Notes under the pieces: model-generated
The model's input: only the letters and a program-made list of their open reading frames with translations
What the model was told of the DNA's origin: nothing
Databases searched by the model: none
Source of the DNA: Paragordius varius
Taxonomy: Eukaryota; Animalia; Nematomorpha
DNA: 64,000 bases
Assembly: GCA_964247055.1 (NCBI GenBank)
Contig: OZ176050.1
Location: 2,542,001-2,606,000, forward strand
Direction of reading: 5' to 3'
Translations under genes and position numbers: made by a program
Part shown: piece after piece, positions 39,457 through 55,809 of the stretch
How the letters are laid out: every line of letters starts with the position of its first letter
Numbering within the stretch: position 1 is the stretch's first letter

Positions 39457-42400
39457 GGATAATAATCGCAGTATAATATAGAATTAAAATTTGTTAGGTG
39501 TTTAGGTATTTACAAAGAATCCCAATAACCAGTCATCTTATTCCAATAATATAATCTTAAGAATATAATGTAACGCTTTTGGGAATATGTTATTAGCTTA
39601 TATGTTGTTTACGACTATTTATATATATATAATCTCGTAAATTAAATTAATCCAAAATTTTAACATAATTGTGCTGTAGAATGATACCTATACAAACTCA
39701 AAAAGCTTCAATTAAACCGCTCAAAGTTCCAGACTGCAATATGAAAGTTATACAAGGATTGGATGTTAGAAACGAACCATCTGAGAAAATGTTAATTGGA
39801 CAAACTGGAAGTGTGGTTGTTTCTTTTGACGATAAGGGTTATAAAATTTTCATAATTATTTTTCCATATATATATATATATATATATATGGCGCCGACAT
39901 TTAATTATTTTAAACCATTTTATAGATAACTTTGATATGTTTATATCGGATTGCATGGCTCACGATGGGAAAGATTTGCACAGTGTTGATTTGATTGATT
40001 CTTATGGGTAAAAATAAATTTTTTCCTTTAATTTATATTAGATTCAATATACCATTAAAATCATTCTTGAAAACTTCAAATTTACCCTCATTTCACCCTA
40101 AATAAATAATGGGTTTTTCAATCATCGAAAAATTATATTTTTCGATGATTGAAAAAATATTGTTCATAATTAAATTAGTAATACACTGAAAAAATAATGA
40201 ATTATGCCATAAAGAAATATTTCTTATTTGAAATTAATTGACGTTTCAAAACATCCATTTTTGGGGATTAAAAATGTTCTAGTGTAGCGCTAAAATGTTT
40301 AAGGATGAGTTTGAGGTATAACTGGTATACATAAAAATTATAGCTTTTTAAATTACCATAATGAAATTTAATTGGATTTATAAGGTGTCCCACTATGCCC
40401 AAAATGGTTAGAGAGGTACGTTATGTCAAAGTTGACAACACAAGCTATTATTCCTTTCCCTTCAAAGTTTTCAAATTTCCGGACACGACCAATGTCTACT
40501 TTAAATGCAATATCACAATATGTTTTAGATCATGCGTTCAGGTATCATTTTAACAAAATTATAATAATAATTTTAAATCGATTAGATGTTAAATTTTAGG
40601 GTAAACTTTCATTTCGAGCGAAAAATTATTCGATTAAACATTTTTAAAACCGTTAAATATAATAAAAGTTCTAATCTTTCCCATAAGACAGTTTTAATTT
40701 AAATCTTATAAACCCGAAATGAAACAAATATTGGAATCATAATACCAAAAAAGTATAATGAATCAATCATATTTTAAATATATCATTTAAATTTAAAATT
40801 TTTTACCAAAAAATATTTTTTTCATTCATGCATATACCAAACAGTTAATTACCATTGATGTAAATTACTAAGGCTCTATATATATATAACATTTTATTTC
40901 TATTTTTTTGCAAATATTTTTCTTAATCAAAACCCAAAAACACATATTAATTTAATAAAAAATGAAAGTTCTCTTATTTGTTTTAGCTGACTGCTAAGAA
41001 CGATTTTTTGGTTTTAGCGCCCAAATGTTAAGAAATCCTTCATTTTTTCGGATTTTATAGTTTTCTCTAACCAAGAATGCTAAAACTTTTTTAAAGGTAG
41101 ATTTCAATTATATGAATAAATATACGAAAAAAAAACATTTTTTTATTCAGAAACAATGCGGGCGAGATTTATGGTCATTTAAACAAGTAGATTCGATAAA
41201 TAGTGTAAATCAGGAGAGTAAATATCGAGCAGATCCATACAGAGACAATACGCAACATTCAAAATCTAATAACAATTTATTTTACAAAAGTATCCCCGAA
41301 TTAAGTCAATTGGTCCGTTTTAAACGGTCCAGCATACATCTGATGGATAAAATAAATTATTACAATGATAATGATGATGATAAGAAGAAGAATAAAAACA
41401 CAAGCGTTATAGCTAACTTGCAATTAACCGATGATACAATCGTTGATGCCGAAAGCCAAGATATCAAAATGAGTAAAACCAAATGAATTACACTACAATT
41501 TATTAATAAGAAATTTGTTGAATATCCATATATTAATCTTGTTTTTTTTCATAATAGCCGTAATATTCCCAACGGATCATTTAATGCGAGAACAAACAAA
41601 AACGTACATTGATGATTTATTAAGCGCTAAAAACTTGGCCTACTTGTCCAATTCTTCAAAGAAAAGTTATTCTTCTTCTCAAAACCGACTTTATAGTAAA
41701 AACAGTAGTCAAGGTATAGCAACACCACTTCTCCGTAAAAATATGCTGATTGGCCATTTCTTGAATAACGAAAATAGCCCTAATGATATCCGACCACCAG
41801 TTAATTTAATAACTAAATCTGATCAAACAATACCGCAATCTCTTTCCCAATCGTCTGATGAAGGTCATGCCAGCAATCTTATAGCAAATGATTGGAATAA
41901 AAACATGCCCCTCCTGCAAAACTATCTTTTCAATTCGGCCTCAAGGTTGGAAAACGATGCGGACTTAGACGCTTTACTGGCTGAAGCCTCAAATATTTTA
42001 CCATTGAATCGAGGGATTGTACCGAGTGGGAGGATAGTTAGTGATTTATATGCCTGTAAGCATCTTATCTTTTATGCGTTAATGGTACTCTTGTTAGCTA
42101 CCATAAGTGTCATAATGCTCATCTGTTTGGCCTACAAATTGACTATAAAGTTGCGTAAATCAGCGCGAACTCCAGCGTCTAAGTTATCAGAAAAAAGTCA
42201 TAACATGGGTACAAGAACTGAGCACTCCTCATCAAACTGTACATCTCCGAATAGTTGTATCACAACAGACTCTGATAACATTTCATCTTCAATTCAAAAT
42301 TCAAGTATCAGCAATAGTGGCAATAATAGCCCTATGTATCCACCCATTGAAATAATCAATCAACGAAAACCTACAAAATTAACTTGTGCTTTGAGGCAAT

Positions 42401-42954
42401 CTAATATACGAAAAGGTTACGGAGAATCTGAGTATCATTTTGATATTCATGAATATCAAAGGAATGGAAATAATAGGCTAGGGACAAATGTTGGCCAAAA
42501 TAACAATAATCCCAAATTACAACAAGAAGATGAAAGAAGAATTATGAATTATTGTGAAAAACCACCCTATAAAGCAATGAATAACATCGGTCAGAACCGT
42601 GTAGCAAAAGGGATAAAAACATCGTTTAAATGGGTTTGGAGACCAGATTTAATCATTGCATACCCTTCTTCTCCGCAGGAGAGTAAAAATACTAATAACC
42701 CCTTTATTGGAACTACTAATGCGATTCAAACGAAAAGTGGTAGTAATAATAATACCAATAATAAAATAATTTTTCCTCCCACACCAGCCAAACCCTTGAT
42801 TCTGAATGGAAACGTAGCTAATCTTTTTTCAACAAATCAACATTTGAACCGTGAAAATCAATCTGTAAATCATCCGGTGAATAAGACTCAACAGGGTTTG
42901 CCTCCATTGTCCATGGGCCAAATTGCAAATAAAATAAAAAAGAATCAATCCTAA
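36586..42954 (+). CDS. ZP-domain single-pass membrane protein (dusky/miniature/cuticlin-like)
   Basis: In-frame exons from 38545: ZP-N KCDKNTFLIDLTFTQPFYGVVYTK...FDGCG; ZP-C FDMFISDCMAHDG...LIDSYGCP...FKFPDTTNVYFKCNITIC; furin-type site RFKR; TM LIFYALMVLLLATISVIMLICLAY. The putative signal-peptide exons (36586-36630 and about 36974-36997) are low confidence. Confidence 0.85.
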
Positions 42955-43588
42955 TCCAAATTTTTCTTAATCGCATTTATAATAATATAACAGTATGAAC
43001 AGTCATATTTTTCGAATCCCGTTGAAATATTTTTGAGCAATGTATATATTTTTACTGCAAACAATACCACATTTATGAAATAATAATTTTAGTATGGCTC
43101 CGGTGATGGCAAATTATTTATATTTAATCTATAGAGATATATTATTTACAGTTTAGTAATTGTATATATAAATGATCCAATTATTTGCATTGTAGAATAA
43201 ATGACAATAACCCAATCTTTTATGATATATAGCCTACCAAATAATAAAATCATGGATATCAAACATGGATAACCCCAAAAAGTTAAATATTTATATATAT
43301 GGTTGAAACGTATGCTAGATCTTGGAGCGAAATAACCGTTAATCATACGATTTGTTAAATTATAAAATGAATTTTTCCCAATCTAATTTTGGGTCAGCCT
43401 TATGAAATTATTTCAAAAATCAAATGCCAATGCTCGTTATGAAGAAAACTTAATGCTGAGTTGGCATTTGCAAACGATATGTACCCATATATGTAGGCAA
43501 AAGCAAATTTAATTTTCAAAATAAATTATATAATTTCTTGACATCAATAGAAGTTATATTTAAAAATATATAAATTTAAATTTTCATA

Positions 43589-45052
43589 TTATCTCGGATG
43601 GCCTGAGCTAGTTGCCTTCATAAACTTGGTGGCTAATGTATTATTTTGGCACATAAAATTCTTTTTGTTTGCAGAGGCGGTGATTTTTGAAATTTGACGG
43701 ACTTTGAGATCATTTTCTCGATCAAATGGAATGCGCTCTTTCGCTTTTTTATCATCACCTTTCAAACGTTCTTCTTTACGCTGTAAATCAACAAGAAAAT
43801 ATGGTGGTTATCAAAAATATAAATATATAATTAAAATTAAAATCCATAGGCATAAATATCATTATAAAATAGCAATAAGTTGATTTGAAAACCCTGCAAA
43901 ACCCTTTTCAAAACATGTATATTTTTTTTAAATTAGAATGGACTAAATTACATAAATACCTAGATAACAATGAAAAATAAGGTTAAAATATATAATATTT
44001 AAAGACCGTTTGACACCAAAGTTTTAATTGTAAAATTAATGTTTTGGTTTTTTAAATATAATTTTGAAATCTTAGTTGTTAAACAAATTTTGCAAATGAA
44101 ACCTTTTTCAATATTTCCTCTTGATGAATTTCAAGTAAAGATCGAGTTTCTTCGTTAGCCTAAAATGCATTAGAGTAATAAGAAATACTATATTTTGTGT
44201 TTCATTATATTGTTGTTCAAGGGCATCTTTATAGAATTGTTCAGATTTCGTTAAGATTTTTTTCTTTGGTTTCTGTTTATCAAAAATTAATATATACATT
44301 CTCTGCAACAAAAAACAGTTATTGATACTATAATAGATTAATCACCAAAAAAAGGTTCGCTAATTAATAACTTTGAAGTATACTAATACTATTTTATACT
44401 TTATAGGATTCAATACAAGAACAATTATCGCAAAACATGTATAATTTAATATATATATTAAATAATTAATTTTGAAAGCGTTTTATTCAAACTGATTAAT
44501 AATATGATCCGATAAATTTCATCGTTAATCAATTGTAACAGATAAAAATAATCCGATTTCAAAATGTGCAAGATGCGATATAAATTACTTCACCAGGTGT
44601 TTTTGTCCAAGATTCATCTATAAAATGTCCAGTATCAAAATTCTTTCGTTTAAAAGCTTTTGATTGGGATTTTTGTTTATCAGGTAATGTGGTCATCCAT
44701 TCTTCTCGTTTTTGTTTTCCATCATCAACATCCTAAAATAATTACTTTTTTTGGTGTACTTGAGATTTTTGGTATAAAAAGTTTTGAAATTTCGTTTCTA
44801 AATTTATTAGTACAACATGATACTTTCTTCATTTTCTTCCGTTCCAAATGTAGTAGGTCCAATTATTTCATCTTCCGTATCGCTTTCAGAATCTGTTCTT
44901 GCTTCTTTGTAATGATTTTCCAAAACTTTTCTAAACTCTTTCGGCATAGTGGGACCGATTGAGCCATTGTTTCCTTCGTAGGAAACTTGTGATTTGATTA
45001 GACTTGGTGGTAAACTGGGACCATAATCGCTATTACTGTCTTCATCTGACAT
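43589..45052 (-). CDS. GPALPP1: GPALPP motifs-containing protein 1, 6 exons, 247 aa
   Basis: Exons 45052-44824, 44797-44760, 44732-44589, 44272-44189, 44159-44103, 43780-43589, total 744 nt in frame. Motifs YGPSLPP, IGPTMP, REEWMTTLP, SWTKTP, RSLLEIH and ERIPFDRENDLKV. Confidence 0.88.
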
Positions 45053-47609
<2,557 letters not shown>

Positions 47610-48093
47610 ACCAACACACAGAACAAAACAACTTCACACATACATGTATAAAATATTTGATATTCCCTAAAAATCCTTCCAAACTCTTTTAATCCTGCCT
47701 CAAAAAACGCCAAATTTAACAACAGCCATAATATTGAATTTTAATTACCGCCTCCCCTATGTCTGCTAGATGACCCTCTATTAAATGATGCATAAACGCT
47801 CTTTTTATTAATTACATATATCTGTACTGGCATGTATTTATTTATATGGTTTTAATTGTATATGGATTATGCAATATTAAATGGTTTTAACATTATATTC
47901 ATTATTTACATGATGAAAATTAGGTGTAAAGTGTGTAGTGTATCTAATATTCATAGGTATATAGATATTTAAAATGTATAACGTTTTATATCACTATCTT
48001 ATGTTGTTACCTATACCAATATTATTTTTTGATTATTTTTCAATTTTTACTAAATTACTAGTATATTACCCGAAATGCAAAAAGCCGTCACAA

Positions 48094-48430
48094 CAGGGGT
48101 GTCCAAGACAAATGGCTTAGCTGGCTACATTTTTTAAAAAATAAACTAATGTTTACCTTAAAGACCCGAGAATCTAATTTTTATCAAGAATGTGATATTC
48201 ATTAATTAACGGCCTGAAAAATTAATTAGACCTATATTGAAAATGGTGTTTTTGGCTATAGATGTATTTGTGCATAATAAGACATGAACAAACAGATAAT
48301 TATTTTAAAGCAATTTTAACTAAGATATGATAAATAGAATATTTTTGCAAATTATAGAATTTATATGTAATTTATAATCTTTCGCGGGTCGAATAAAAAG
48401 TCGCGGAGGGTCGTGTGTTGGACACCCTAG
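48094..48430. mobile_element. hAT-derived MITE, about 337 bp
   Basis: CAGGGGTGTCCAAGACA ... TGTGTTGGACACCCTAG, similar to the TIR of the 30035 element. TSD is degenerate. Confidence 0.6.
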
Positions 48431-48730
48431 GTCTAAAATATCGAGTTTTAATCTTTTCATTTTTTAAATTAGTCATTTGATAAATGGATAAATATGATTA
48501 AAATAAGGCATTCCGGTGTCATATTTGGCTGTCCAATATAAAAAAATCAATTATTGTAGCATTACGCATTTTTCAATGTATTTGTCGTTGGAACAATTTT
48601 ATATAATGTCTACGTTCTAATCAATTTTGCATGTTAATATTACTTGTAGTTTTGCTTGCTATATATTAGAACACTGCATATGACTCAATTCATATGGCAT
48701 GAAAAAAATTATTTTAAATTTATTTAACAG

Positions 48731-48798
48731 CAATAGCCCTTAAACCTGTAAATGCCGATTATAACTATAAAGCTACTGGAGGAAGTTGTGTGTGTTAA
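48731..48798 (+). CDS. RAB6: Candidate alternative last exon 8b of Rab6 (TIALKPVNADYNYKATGGSCVC*)
   Basis: TTTAACAG acceptor, phase 1 matching exon 7, same 68-nt coding length as exon 8a, ends in a CxC motif then a stop. Confidence 0.7.
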
Positions 48799-49329
48799 CG
48801 GAAAATCAAATCAGAATAATGGAAAATGACATGTTTTATTATGCATCGAATTGATAATTAATTTTATAAATCTTGCTTTACTTTAATATACATATATTAA
48901 AATTGTAAATACGGTGTTTAAGGTCCTGGTTAAAAATATTAAAAGTATATAAAAGTTAAGGAGTTAGAATATATCACTTCTAATCGGGTGATACTTCTAA
49001 AATTATGTAAAGACAATAAAAGCTCATAATGTTAAAATAATCTATAAAGCTAAATGCTTCGAATAATACATAATAAATTAAAATTAGAATTAAATCCAAA
49101 ATGCAAGGGCTTGATTTTGATAAAAATTAACATACAATTCTAATACTATTCCATAACGTTTTATTAAAATAATTTCGATTTCAAGATGGTTTCAAAAAAA
49201 AAGGAATTGCAATCCTTGATGAAATTACATCTTAACGCCAAGAAATGATAAGGATTAAATGATGTTGATATCGCAATTTCTTCAAAGCAATAAACCAAAT
49301 GTTTTCAGGAGTTTTTATCGTTTTTTTTG

Positions 49330-50249
49330 GGAAAACCTTTATTTTCATTCCATTTATTTTATTCAATATAATGTCCATCGGCTTTTTCACGTTTTAATCA
49401 CTTCGTAATAAAAGACATAGCAGAAAAACTGATTTTCTTTTGTGGCAAACATCTCACGTCTTCGAAATCGTTAATGTGCTGCTCTGGGAGCGTGTGTTCC
49501 AATGGGAAGAGCTAATAGTTAGATAGTGTCAGGTCAGAAAAAGTGAGGATGCGGAAGAAGTTCCCATCGCGATTTTAACGTATCTTTCATTGGATTTTCC
49601 GTGAGACAGGTTTGTCATGTAGCAAAATATTTTCCTGTCTTCTGGCCCATTCCCACTGGTTTCAAGAGCCACGATCTTTTCCTTTTTGGATTTAAAAAAT
49701 ATAACCACTTATCACCCGTCATTCCATGCAAAAATGATTTAATTTCGTGAGGTTGAAGCATGATATCTCAAACTCTGCGATTTTCTATCATTCAAATTGT
49801 GTGGGACCCATTTACCGAGTTATTGTTTTTCCGATTGCACGATGATTGATCATTTTTGTGACACATTTGATACTTCTGCAGATTGTAGTATCTGAGTTTG
49901 TTTTATCATCTAATATTCGTCTACCCGATCTCCAGTTATATTGTCTACCAAAGCGTACACTTTCTTCATATCACGATGCATGTTCACCATATGTTGCCAG
50001 CAAACGATGACCTTCAACAATCTTTTTCTTTTGATAAAATAAGAAATGAATGCCGCAAATGTTCATTTGCCTAAAATTCTGCATGATTACTGAATAATAA
50101 AAATACGCTACCTTCTGGGAGGAGGAACTTGTGGGTATTTGTAGTTTAATGTCAGATGGATGAGATGGGGTATATATCAATTTAATCCTCTGCGCATTAT
50201 TGCTGATGTTTTCTCTTAGCTAAATCGGTAATGCCTATACTATACCTAG
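49330..50249 (-). mobile_element. Third decayed Mos1-like mariner
   Basis: Fragments KWVPHNLNDRK, SFLHGMTGDKWLYF, EHTLPEQHINDFEDVR and EKADGHYIE*. One degenerate TIR ends at 50249 followed by TA; the other end was not located. Confidence 0.75.
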
Positions 50250-51149
50250 TACTAGTTGCGCCCTCAAAGAATTTTAATTTAAGGTTTAAATGAAGGTTTA
50301 AACTACTTATGTTCGTTAGGTCAATTGTTTATTTATTTAAATTGATACAAAAAAATTATTTTAACTTTTATAGTTGAATTTTTCCATTTATGATTTATTA
50401 ATAAACATAGTATCGCATCTAATTTGGAAATCCGGTTTTTTTTGGTGCAATTATCTGATTATAATATAAGGTCATATTGTAGATCAGTGGTACACAAACC
50501 CTCGCCCATGAGTCCCATGCGGACTTTAAACTGATTTTTTATGGACCTGTTATTTATAAAAAATTTTGATGTATTTATTTTGAGTATAAATATTGCAGTT
50601 ACGAAATTTTTATCCATATTATATGGATGCCCTTGAACACGATAATTTTTTGCGGCCCTATTTTTTTTGCTTGACAAATACAATTACACATTCTCTTTCT
50701 GGGAAAATTTTTTTCATATCATAAGTGAAAATGAAACTTTTCTCGTTTAGTATTGCGTGAATAAACTTGACATATATTTTAGTAACATCCCAATATAAAA
50801 AATGTTAAGTTTGAAAGTAAAATGTTTATAAATAACTAATTTGATAAAACAGTGTATAGTTTAGTCAAATTATTAAAACAAAAAAAATTTAAACTCCCCT
50901 CCTATTGTTCCACAAACAAAAGAAAATTAAAATTTCATCTCAACAATCTGTCTTCTGATCCGTAAAAGAAAACAATATATAGTATTTAACCTAATGTTTC
51001 AGTATTTAAAATTTTGGGGTTTATACTAATATTTTTAATTTTCATGCATCTTTTGTTTTAAACCAATACGCTTTAATTAAATTCTACTTTAGTGATATAT
51101 TTTTTTCCGGTAATTAAAGCAACAGTTGGTATACTCAGTCCATTTTATA

Positions 51150-52100
51150 CTCAAAGGTTTAATTTCTCTTTAAATATCCATTCAAAGAAAAACAAGTAGT
51201 TCATATATTTTATGTAAACAATTTTGCATATTAAATAAGGCTTTTAGTAAATCAATTCCCCAGTTGTTGTCACACAATATAAAATTATTATTGGAAAATG
51301 AACATTTTGATACAGTAATCTACTTACTTAAAAGGCTTATTTTCATTCGCCATTGCTAACATTTTATTATTGCTTACATGCATGGGATTGATAATAAATT
51401 GATAATTTATGTAAATGAAATCAATTCTTTCTACATATAAACGCCACCAATAAGTACAAGTCTGTCTACCTGGTAACTTCCTTCAAGTCCATTTCCAACA
51501 AAATGCTTGATGGGCTTATATTCAAAGATCTCACACTGAACAAAAATATATTTTGCATAATTGAAATCGCCATTATTGACAAAAAAAGAACTAATGCTTC
51601 TTTTCTAATACATGGCTAAGAGATTTATTATGGATATCTCCTGATTTTGAATACTTAATCGTGAATGCCTTTTTTACACATAAAATTTATATAATAATAT
51701 ATGCTGTTGTTGATAAAAACGTGCTCATACTGTATCTGTCGTCCTACATATTATCCCTGATTCGTATTGTGCTTTAAATGGATTTCGGTAGGCACAGAAA
51801 AAATAACTTTTGTGTTTAGTCGTGCTATAATAACAGAATGGCACAATTATTTTATTGACACACATATATCTGGTGGATCTAGATCAAATAAAAAAAACTT
51901 TTTTTAATGTTCTTAACATCTTAAGTAAATAATTCAAATTTGCAAAACTAAAAGGCGAATAAAAAAAGATTGACCTAATTTGTTGCTGTTATTGTACACA
52001 AAATATCCATGAATCCTTATTGGAATCCAATTGTTGTAATTTGTCATCTCTTAATCCTATCAACATCAATAACCGCTATTCCCAATTCCGATGAAATAAG
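51150..52100 (-). mobile_element. Possible RTE-like non-LTR reverse-transcriptase relic
   Basis: Only weak, frame-broken resemblances (KKAF, SVRSLNISP, LIGG). No intact YADD motif. Confidence 0.3.
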
Positions 52101-52887
52101 TTTGTATTTAAATGTTGCCATAATTTTATCTTATAATTAAGCCTCTAATTTTTTACGAGGGGTCAATTTTTTGATGCCCGTGAAAAATTATCAAAAATTA
52201 CAAAACAGATCTGCAATTTTCCATCCCTAAATTATTTTATTTTATATGGATAGTTATTAAAGATGTTAATTTATCATTTTTGCGTATGTTATTATGACCA
52301 AATGAAATTTGTTTTGATGTTTTAATATCACCTGCAATTATAAAATGATACCTATACGATATTTTTGCCATTCAGATTTTTAAACTTGAAAATGCGGTCC
52401 ATGAAGCCATTTGTGCTGGACACCCTGTTATAGAAAAAAAACACCATTTTTTTTAATAAACTCATAAATGATAACTAGTGTATGCGAAGTAAATCACTAA
52501 CCTCTAGCCATCAATTAAATAATGTCTAAAATAAAAGGAATTAATATTTACAAAACCATACCTTAAGGCCTTCGTGCGCCTGTAATCCTATCATTGTGGT
52601 TGGGTTAGGGTTTTCCCTTTTAATTTTGGATATAAAAGTACAATTTATTCTTGTTTTATCGAATCAATCGCTTGACCCAACTGTTTGAAAAATATTTTTT
52701 AAAATTTTTATATGGCATATTTATTTATTTATAAAACTCGTGTAATAATTTTAATTAAAACTCATGCTTCCGATACGATGCATATAAAATTATATTTCGG
52801 ATTTAAAAAAAGCATAAAAATGATTAATTTAAAAACAAAGATTTTCTCACTTGGAAAACAATTTTAACGAAATATGTTATATTTTAG

Positions 52888-55809
52888 GGAAAGCTAAACT
52901 CGACCGAGAAATTTGTAAAAAGATTTCGTGCTCGAAACCAAGTGATTGCGCCACAGGCTTATCCTGCGATTTCCGCTACGGTCCGTTTGGATTGTGTTGT
53001 TTGTCAGACAAAATTTCACAGTTGTCTGAAATATTTGGTAAAACTTTAACAGCCCTAACACTTAGCCCATCCATAATTAAAGCTAAAAAACGAAAATATA
53101 AACCAGCGCCTCAAGCTATCATCGAAGAAGTACCAATTCATCACATATTCAAAACAACCAAACAAATTAAGACTCTTGAGCCCGTATTGTCGCATCCCAC
53201 TAAAACAACAAAAGCCGCTCTAAATAAGAGAACAACAACAGTTTCACCCAGGCTAAAAAACCTATGGAAACCAATAAATTTAATCAGTCCACGTTATATT
53301 GTTAAGCCGACACCCTTGAGCACAGTAAACGAGGAGAAGGAGATTGAAAATGTGATTGATATTGAAGCCAGACAACCGGATTTAGAAACACCACCCAGTG
53401 TTGGAGAGCAAATTAATTTACCAACTGCTGTTTTAATCGAATATCCCATTATAGAATCGTCAGAAGATGTCATGCCAACCGCTTACGAATACTCCAATGA
53501 AATGCAATTGAGTCAAATTCCAACTGTTCAAATTCACCGAAGCATGAATCTGCCATCCCTATCCCGTAGGTCGTCAGTTATCCATTCTCTTATTCCTTCC
53601 CCAAATATGGCTACAGGCCTTTCGGAAAATTCAAGGCGAAACAATTTTGTTATCCGATTTGAACCTAAAGTTTCTTTAGCACCTAGTTCAAGTACAGAGC
53701 TGTCCAACAAAAATTCCATAGCTGAGGCACCTACTCCCCCATCTTCTGGGATAGTGTATGAAATTGAGACACGGATCGATCCAGAAACGTCTTCCATGAA
53801 ATGTCGCAAAGAGTTGCTATGCACAATTTATACCATTTGTCCAGATACGTATGTTTGTCATAACAAGGACCCATACAGCAAGGTACATAACTTTGTTTTT
53901 ATTTATTCTACATATTATAACTATAAATCCTTAAATTCACTAGGTGGGCCAATGTTGTAAAAAAATCTCGATCAAATCGAGAAAACATAAGAAGGAAAAA
54001 CGTAAAAATGTAGATAACGCCAATCCATCAAACATAAATCAATTGCGATCATATCGACTAAGTTACAGGGAGGAAAGAGATTTAAATGATTTTCACATTT
54101 ATCACGATAACAAAGTTCGATGTCTACAAATGGCCTGCAATACAACCAAACAATGCCGAGATCAGGATAAACTTTATGTGTGTGATGCAAGACATAACTC
54201 ATACGGGATATGCTGTCTAGCTGCTATCGCTACCAAACCTATGCTCTATCAAAATGTGATACATGAAATAAATGTAAAATTTAATTTTAAAATTTTTTAC
54301 GAATAGTTTAAGAATCCAGACGAAAAACATACAGTTTATTATTTTTTTCTCTATTCTTCCATATACTCTTACATACATACACATATATATATATATACAT
54401 GCATTTTAATGTATGTTATGTAATTTTATTGCCAGTCAAATAACATAAATGGTTTATCAAATGCGTAAAATACTGCTCCACAAAATTATTTCGTAGTACA
54501 CATATGAAAGAGGATTGACGTGTAGGCTTTAATTTAATGGATTTTTGTCATGTTAAATTATGAGAATATTATAGGAATTTATGTTAACATTTGAAATATT
54601 GTTGTTACGTATGTAAGTGCGGAATTTTGTGGGTTTTTATCTTAAATAAATTAATAAATAGTAAAATAGGTATTAGATTATTTATGTTATATATAATTTT
54701 AATTTTATACGTTGAAACCAACCTGGTTCAAATATCCTCAGGAACTTTGCTGGTTTCAAATTTCGAAAACGATCCTCATTCTTTTTTATAACGGCTCCAT
54801 GTGTTTATAAAACTAAGGGTTAATATTATGATCAATTTAATATTAGCTGTTAGTAAATAACTGTATAAATAAGTCCAATTTATATAACAACGCGTATGTT
54901 TAATGCAATAACAAAACTATAAATCTTATACCTATATTCTAGATTGCCTATCAAGCTCCACCATCCACTATTTCCCAAATGTTAGAACCTAGTCCAACCC
55001 CAAAAACTATAATTCAGATTGATCCTTTGTCCATAGGCGATTCGGAAAAGATCAAAAGAATAATTGTGTCCGTGGCATCACGACGCATTAAAACTAAGCC
55101 AACAACTTTGGAAAATAATACCATGGGGATAATAAGTAATCGAATTGATGCAAATACGGAATATTTCCCAAAAAGTAATGATTATACGCCATTTAACGAA
55201 ATAATTACTAAGCGAATACCTCGGTTTACATATAGCCCATTAATTACAATGTTATCTACATTAATACCGGTTCCCCACTCTAATGTACCAAACCCAGAAA
55301 AGATTACAACAAATACTAAACAATCTAAACTTCGACAAAACAAAATCAAATCCAATGATTTGTTATCAAATGTAAATCAAAGCTTAGTACTTAAGGACAC
55401 ACCTGTTAAAACGCATTACATAAACTTAACGAATCATAATATTAGGAATATTAGAGTGGATTTACACAGGATAAAGGTGGGCCCTGATTCGAATGTGACA
55501 GAACAAAAATTAGTGGCTAAAGATACATTTGTATCAATCAGTCCTCAAACAAATGCATCATTGTTAAATAAAGCCAATATTATGTACACCACTCCATTGG
55601 CATATAATACGCGCAAAAAATTATACTTTTTCCCGCGTAAATTAAAAAATGGTCAGAAAAATTTCACGAGTCTACCAAAATTCACAGATTACAAAAACTT
55701 TAGTTTTGCAACTATGTACAAAAAGATGGATAAGTATTCTCTTTTCAAACATATATTTGGTTACAAATCCAATCAAGCAACACCCCTAACTAATATTTTA
55801 AAAAAATAA
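52888..55809 (+). CDS. Protein with three 6-Cys modules and Pro/Thr/Ser-rich linkers, first exon not found
   Basis: Exons 52888-53882, 53944-54273, 54943-55809 splice in frame. Modules: CKKISC...FGLCC, CRKELLC...VGQCC (split by a 61-nt intron) and CLQMAC...YGICC. Confidence 0.65.

Noticed and set aside
50485-52430. Isolated hAT-like termini near 50486, 52157 and 52405-52416
   Set aside because: No partner end with a matching TSD could be paired.
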